The position numbers were made by a program, and so were the translations under genes. Under the pieces are notes generated by a model. The model was not told the DNA's origin. It did no database searches and was given only the letters and a program-made list of their open reading frames with translations. This document shows, piece by piece, positions 22,648 through 24,000 of a DNA stretch of 24,000 nt (position 1 is its first letter; every line of letters begins with the position of its first letter). This DNA comes from Deltaproteobacteria bacterium (lineage in GTDB: Bacteria; Desulfobacterota; Desulfobacteria; Desulfobacterales; SURF-15): assembly GCA_019309565.1 (NCBI GenBank), contig JAFDFZ010000010.1, positions 28,678 to 52,677 of the forward strand. Direction: 5' to 3'.

Positions 22648-24000
22648 TTGTCTGATAAGCTTGAAGATATGCGCAGAACCCATAGCTGTGGTGAATTGAA
22701 TCCCAACGATGTGGGCAAGGAAGTGGTGCTGATGGGCTGGGTGAATCGGCGGCGCGATCATGGTGGTGTCATATTTGTCGATCTGCGGGATCGCGAGGGG
22801 ATAACCCAGGTGGTGTTTAACCCTGCTGTGAACCGGGAGGTTCACGATAAGGCTCAGGGGATTCGAAACGAATATGTACTGGCCGTCCGTGGCAAAGTGG
22901 AGAGTCGCCCAGATGACATGATCAACCCCAAATTGAAAACCGGACAGATTGAAGTGATGGTAAATGAGCTGAAAATCCTAAATCGCGCCAGATCCCTGCC
23001 TTTCATGATCGAGGATGATATAGATGTTTCCGAGACCGTTCGGCTCCGGTACCGGCATCTTGATCTTCGCCGGCCCAAGATGCAAAAGAATCTGATCATC
23101 CGGCACAGAGCGACTGCGGCTGTTAGAAGTTATCTGAATGATAACGGTTTTTTGGAAATCGAAACTCCTTTTTTAACACGCAGCACACCTGAAGGCGCAA
23201 GAGACTATCTGGTTCCAAGCAGGGTTAATCCCGGGCTTTTTTATGCATTACCCCAATCGCCTCAGATGTTTAAACAGCTTTTTATGATATCCGGTTATGA
23301 TCGTTACTATCAGATTGTGCGATGTTTTAGAGACGAGGACTTAAGGGCCGATCGCCAGCCGGAGTTTACCCAAATCGACATTGAGATGTCCTTTGTAGGA
23401 GAGCAAGACGTCATAAACCTTACCGAAGGCATGATGGCCGCTGTCTTCAAAGAGGTATCGGGCATTGAGCTTGCCCGTCCTTTCCCGCGGCTCACTCATT
23501 TCGAGGCTCTGAACCGATACGGTCTTGATAAACCGGATATTCGTTTCGGCCTGGAATTAAAAGATATATCCGATATTGTTGAAAATTCAAGGTTTAAGGT
23601 GTTCTCAGAGGCGGTGCAAAAGGGAGGTGTCGTAAAGGCGCTGAACGCCAAAGGATGTATCGATTTTTCGAGAAAAGAAATCGACGACTTAACGAATTTG
23701 GTAAGCGTTTATCGGGCAAAGGGAATGGCATGGATAAAAGTCAGGGAGGATGATTGGCAGTCTCCGATCGTAAAATTTTTCACCTCTCGGGAAAAACAGC
23801 AACTGATGAATAGAATCGAAATGGAGCCCGGTGATCTTGTCTTTTTCGTAGGAGATCAACCCTCAATTGTCAATGAAGCTCTTGGGCATCTTCGAAACCA
23901 ACTTGGAAAACAACTGGGATTAATCGACGAGAATGAATATCGGTTTGTTTGGATCACCCAATTTCCCATGTTTGAGTATGACGAGGCCGAAAAACGCCTC
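22648..24000 (+). CDS. aspS: Aspartate--tRNA ligase (3' end beyond the window; 451 codons present)
   Basis: TTG start lies 7 nt after GAAAGGAGG; the alternative is ATG 22669. Motifs are CGEL...GWVNRRRDHGGVIFVDLRDREG, LRYRHLDLRRP and FYALPQSPQMFKQL...RCFRDEDLRADRQPEFTQIDIEMSF. The frame is open to base 24000. It is missing from the ORF track because it has no stop. Confidence 0.93.
   Translation, partial: MSDKLEDMRRTHSCGELNPNDVGKEVVLMGWVNRRRDHGGVIFVDLRDREGITQVVFNPAVNREVHDKAQGIRNEYVLAVRGKVESRPDDMINPKLKTGQIEVMVNELKILNRARSLPFMIEDDIDVSETVRLRYRHLDLRRPKMQKNLIIRHRATAAVRSYLNDNGFLEIETPFLTRSTPEGARDYLVPSRVNPGLFYALPQSPQMFKQLFMISGYDRYYQIVRCFRDEDLRADRQPEFTQIDIEMSFVGEQDVINLTEGMMAAVFKEVSGIELARPFPRLTHFEALNRYGLDKPDIRFGLELKDISDIVENSRFKVFSEAVQKGGVVKALNAKGCIDFSRKEIDDLTNLVSVYRAKGMAWIKVREDDWQSPIVKFFTSREKQQLMNRIEMEPGDLVFFVGDQPSIVNEALGHLRNQLGKQLGLIDENEYRFVWITQFPMFEYDEAEKRL

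Noticed and set aside
1-24000. Scan for tRNA, rRNA, CRISPR repeats, IS or transposase genes, integrases and toxin-antitoxin or defence genes
   Set aside because: None recognised by eye. The intergenic regions are short and lack cloverleaf-like or repeat-spacer structure. A tRNAscan/Infernal/BLAST pass would be needed for certainty.

Overview
This window is almost fully coding and probably comes from an anaerobe that uses the Wood-Ljungdahl pathway. A sulfate-reducing Desulfobacterota member is my guess; it is not demonstrated. Left third: the 3' part of an acetyl-CoA hydrolase/transferase::Pat-type GNAT fusion abuts a RACo/AcsV corrinoid reductive activator. A 300-nt AT-rich regulatory gap follows, then an acsD-acsB-acsC-acsE operon ending in a DUF3786-like gene. 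No CODH (acsA/cooS) or cooC/acsF gene is in the window. Middle: a 1395-aa ORF has a C-terminal ~500 aa that is clearly a pyruvate-phosphate-dikinase-type ATP-grasp plus phosphohistidine swivel module. It lacks the PEP/pyruvate TIM barrel and instead carries ~890 aa of N-terminal sequence I cannot assign. An unusually long GAPDH homologue follows 58 nt downstream. Right third: a convergent DUF2062-rsmA operon, a small protein with a phasin-like helix and a winged-helix-like end, an M16C (PreP-like) metallopeptidase, hisS, and the first 451 codons of aspS. I recognised no rRNA, tRNA, CRISPR array or mobile element. The most interesting items are the dikinase-like giant with its GAPDH-like partner, a ~200-aa low-complexity extension on the CFeSP small subunit AcsD, and the CoA-transferase::GNAT fusion next to the corrinoid activator. 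Everything comes from reading the sequence; no searches were run.
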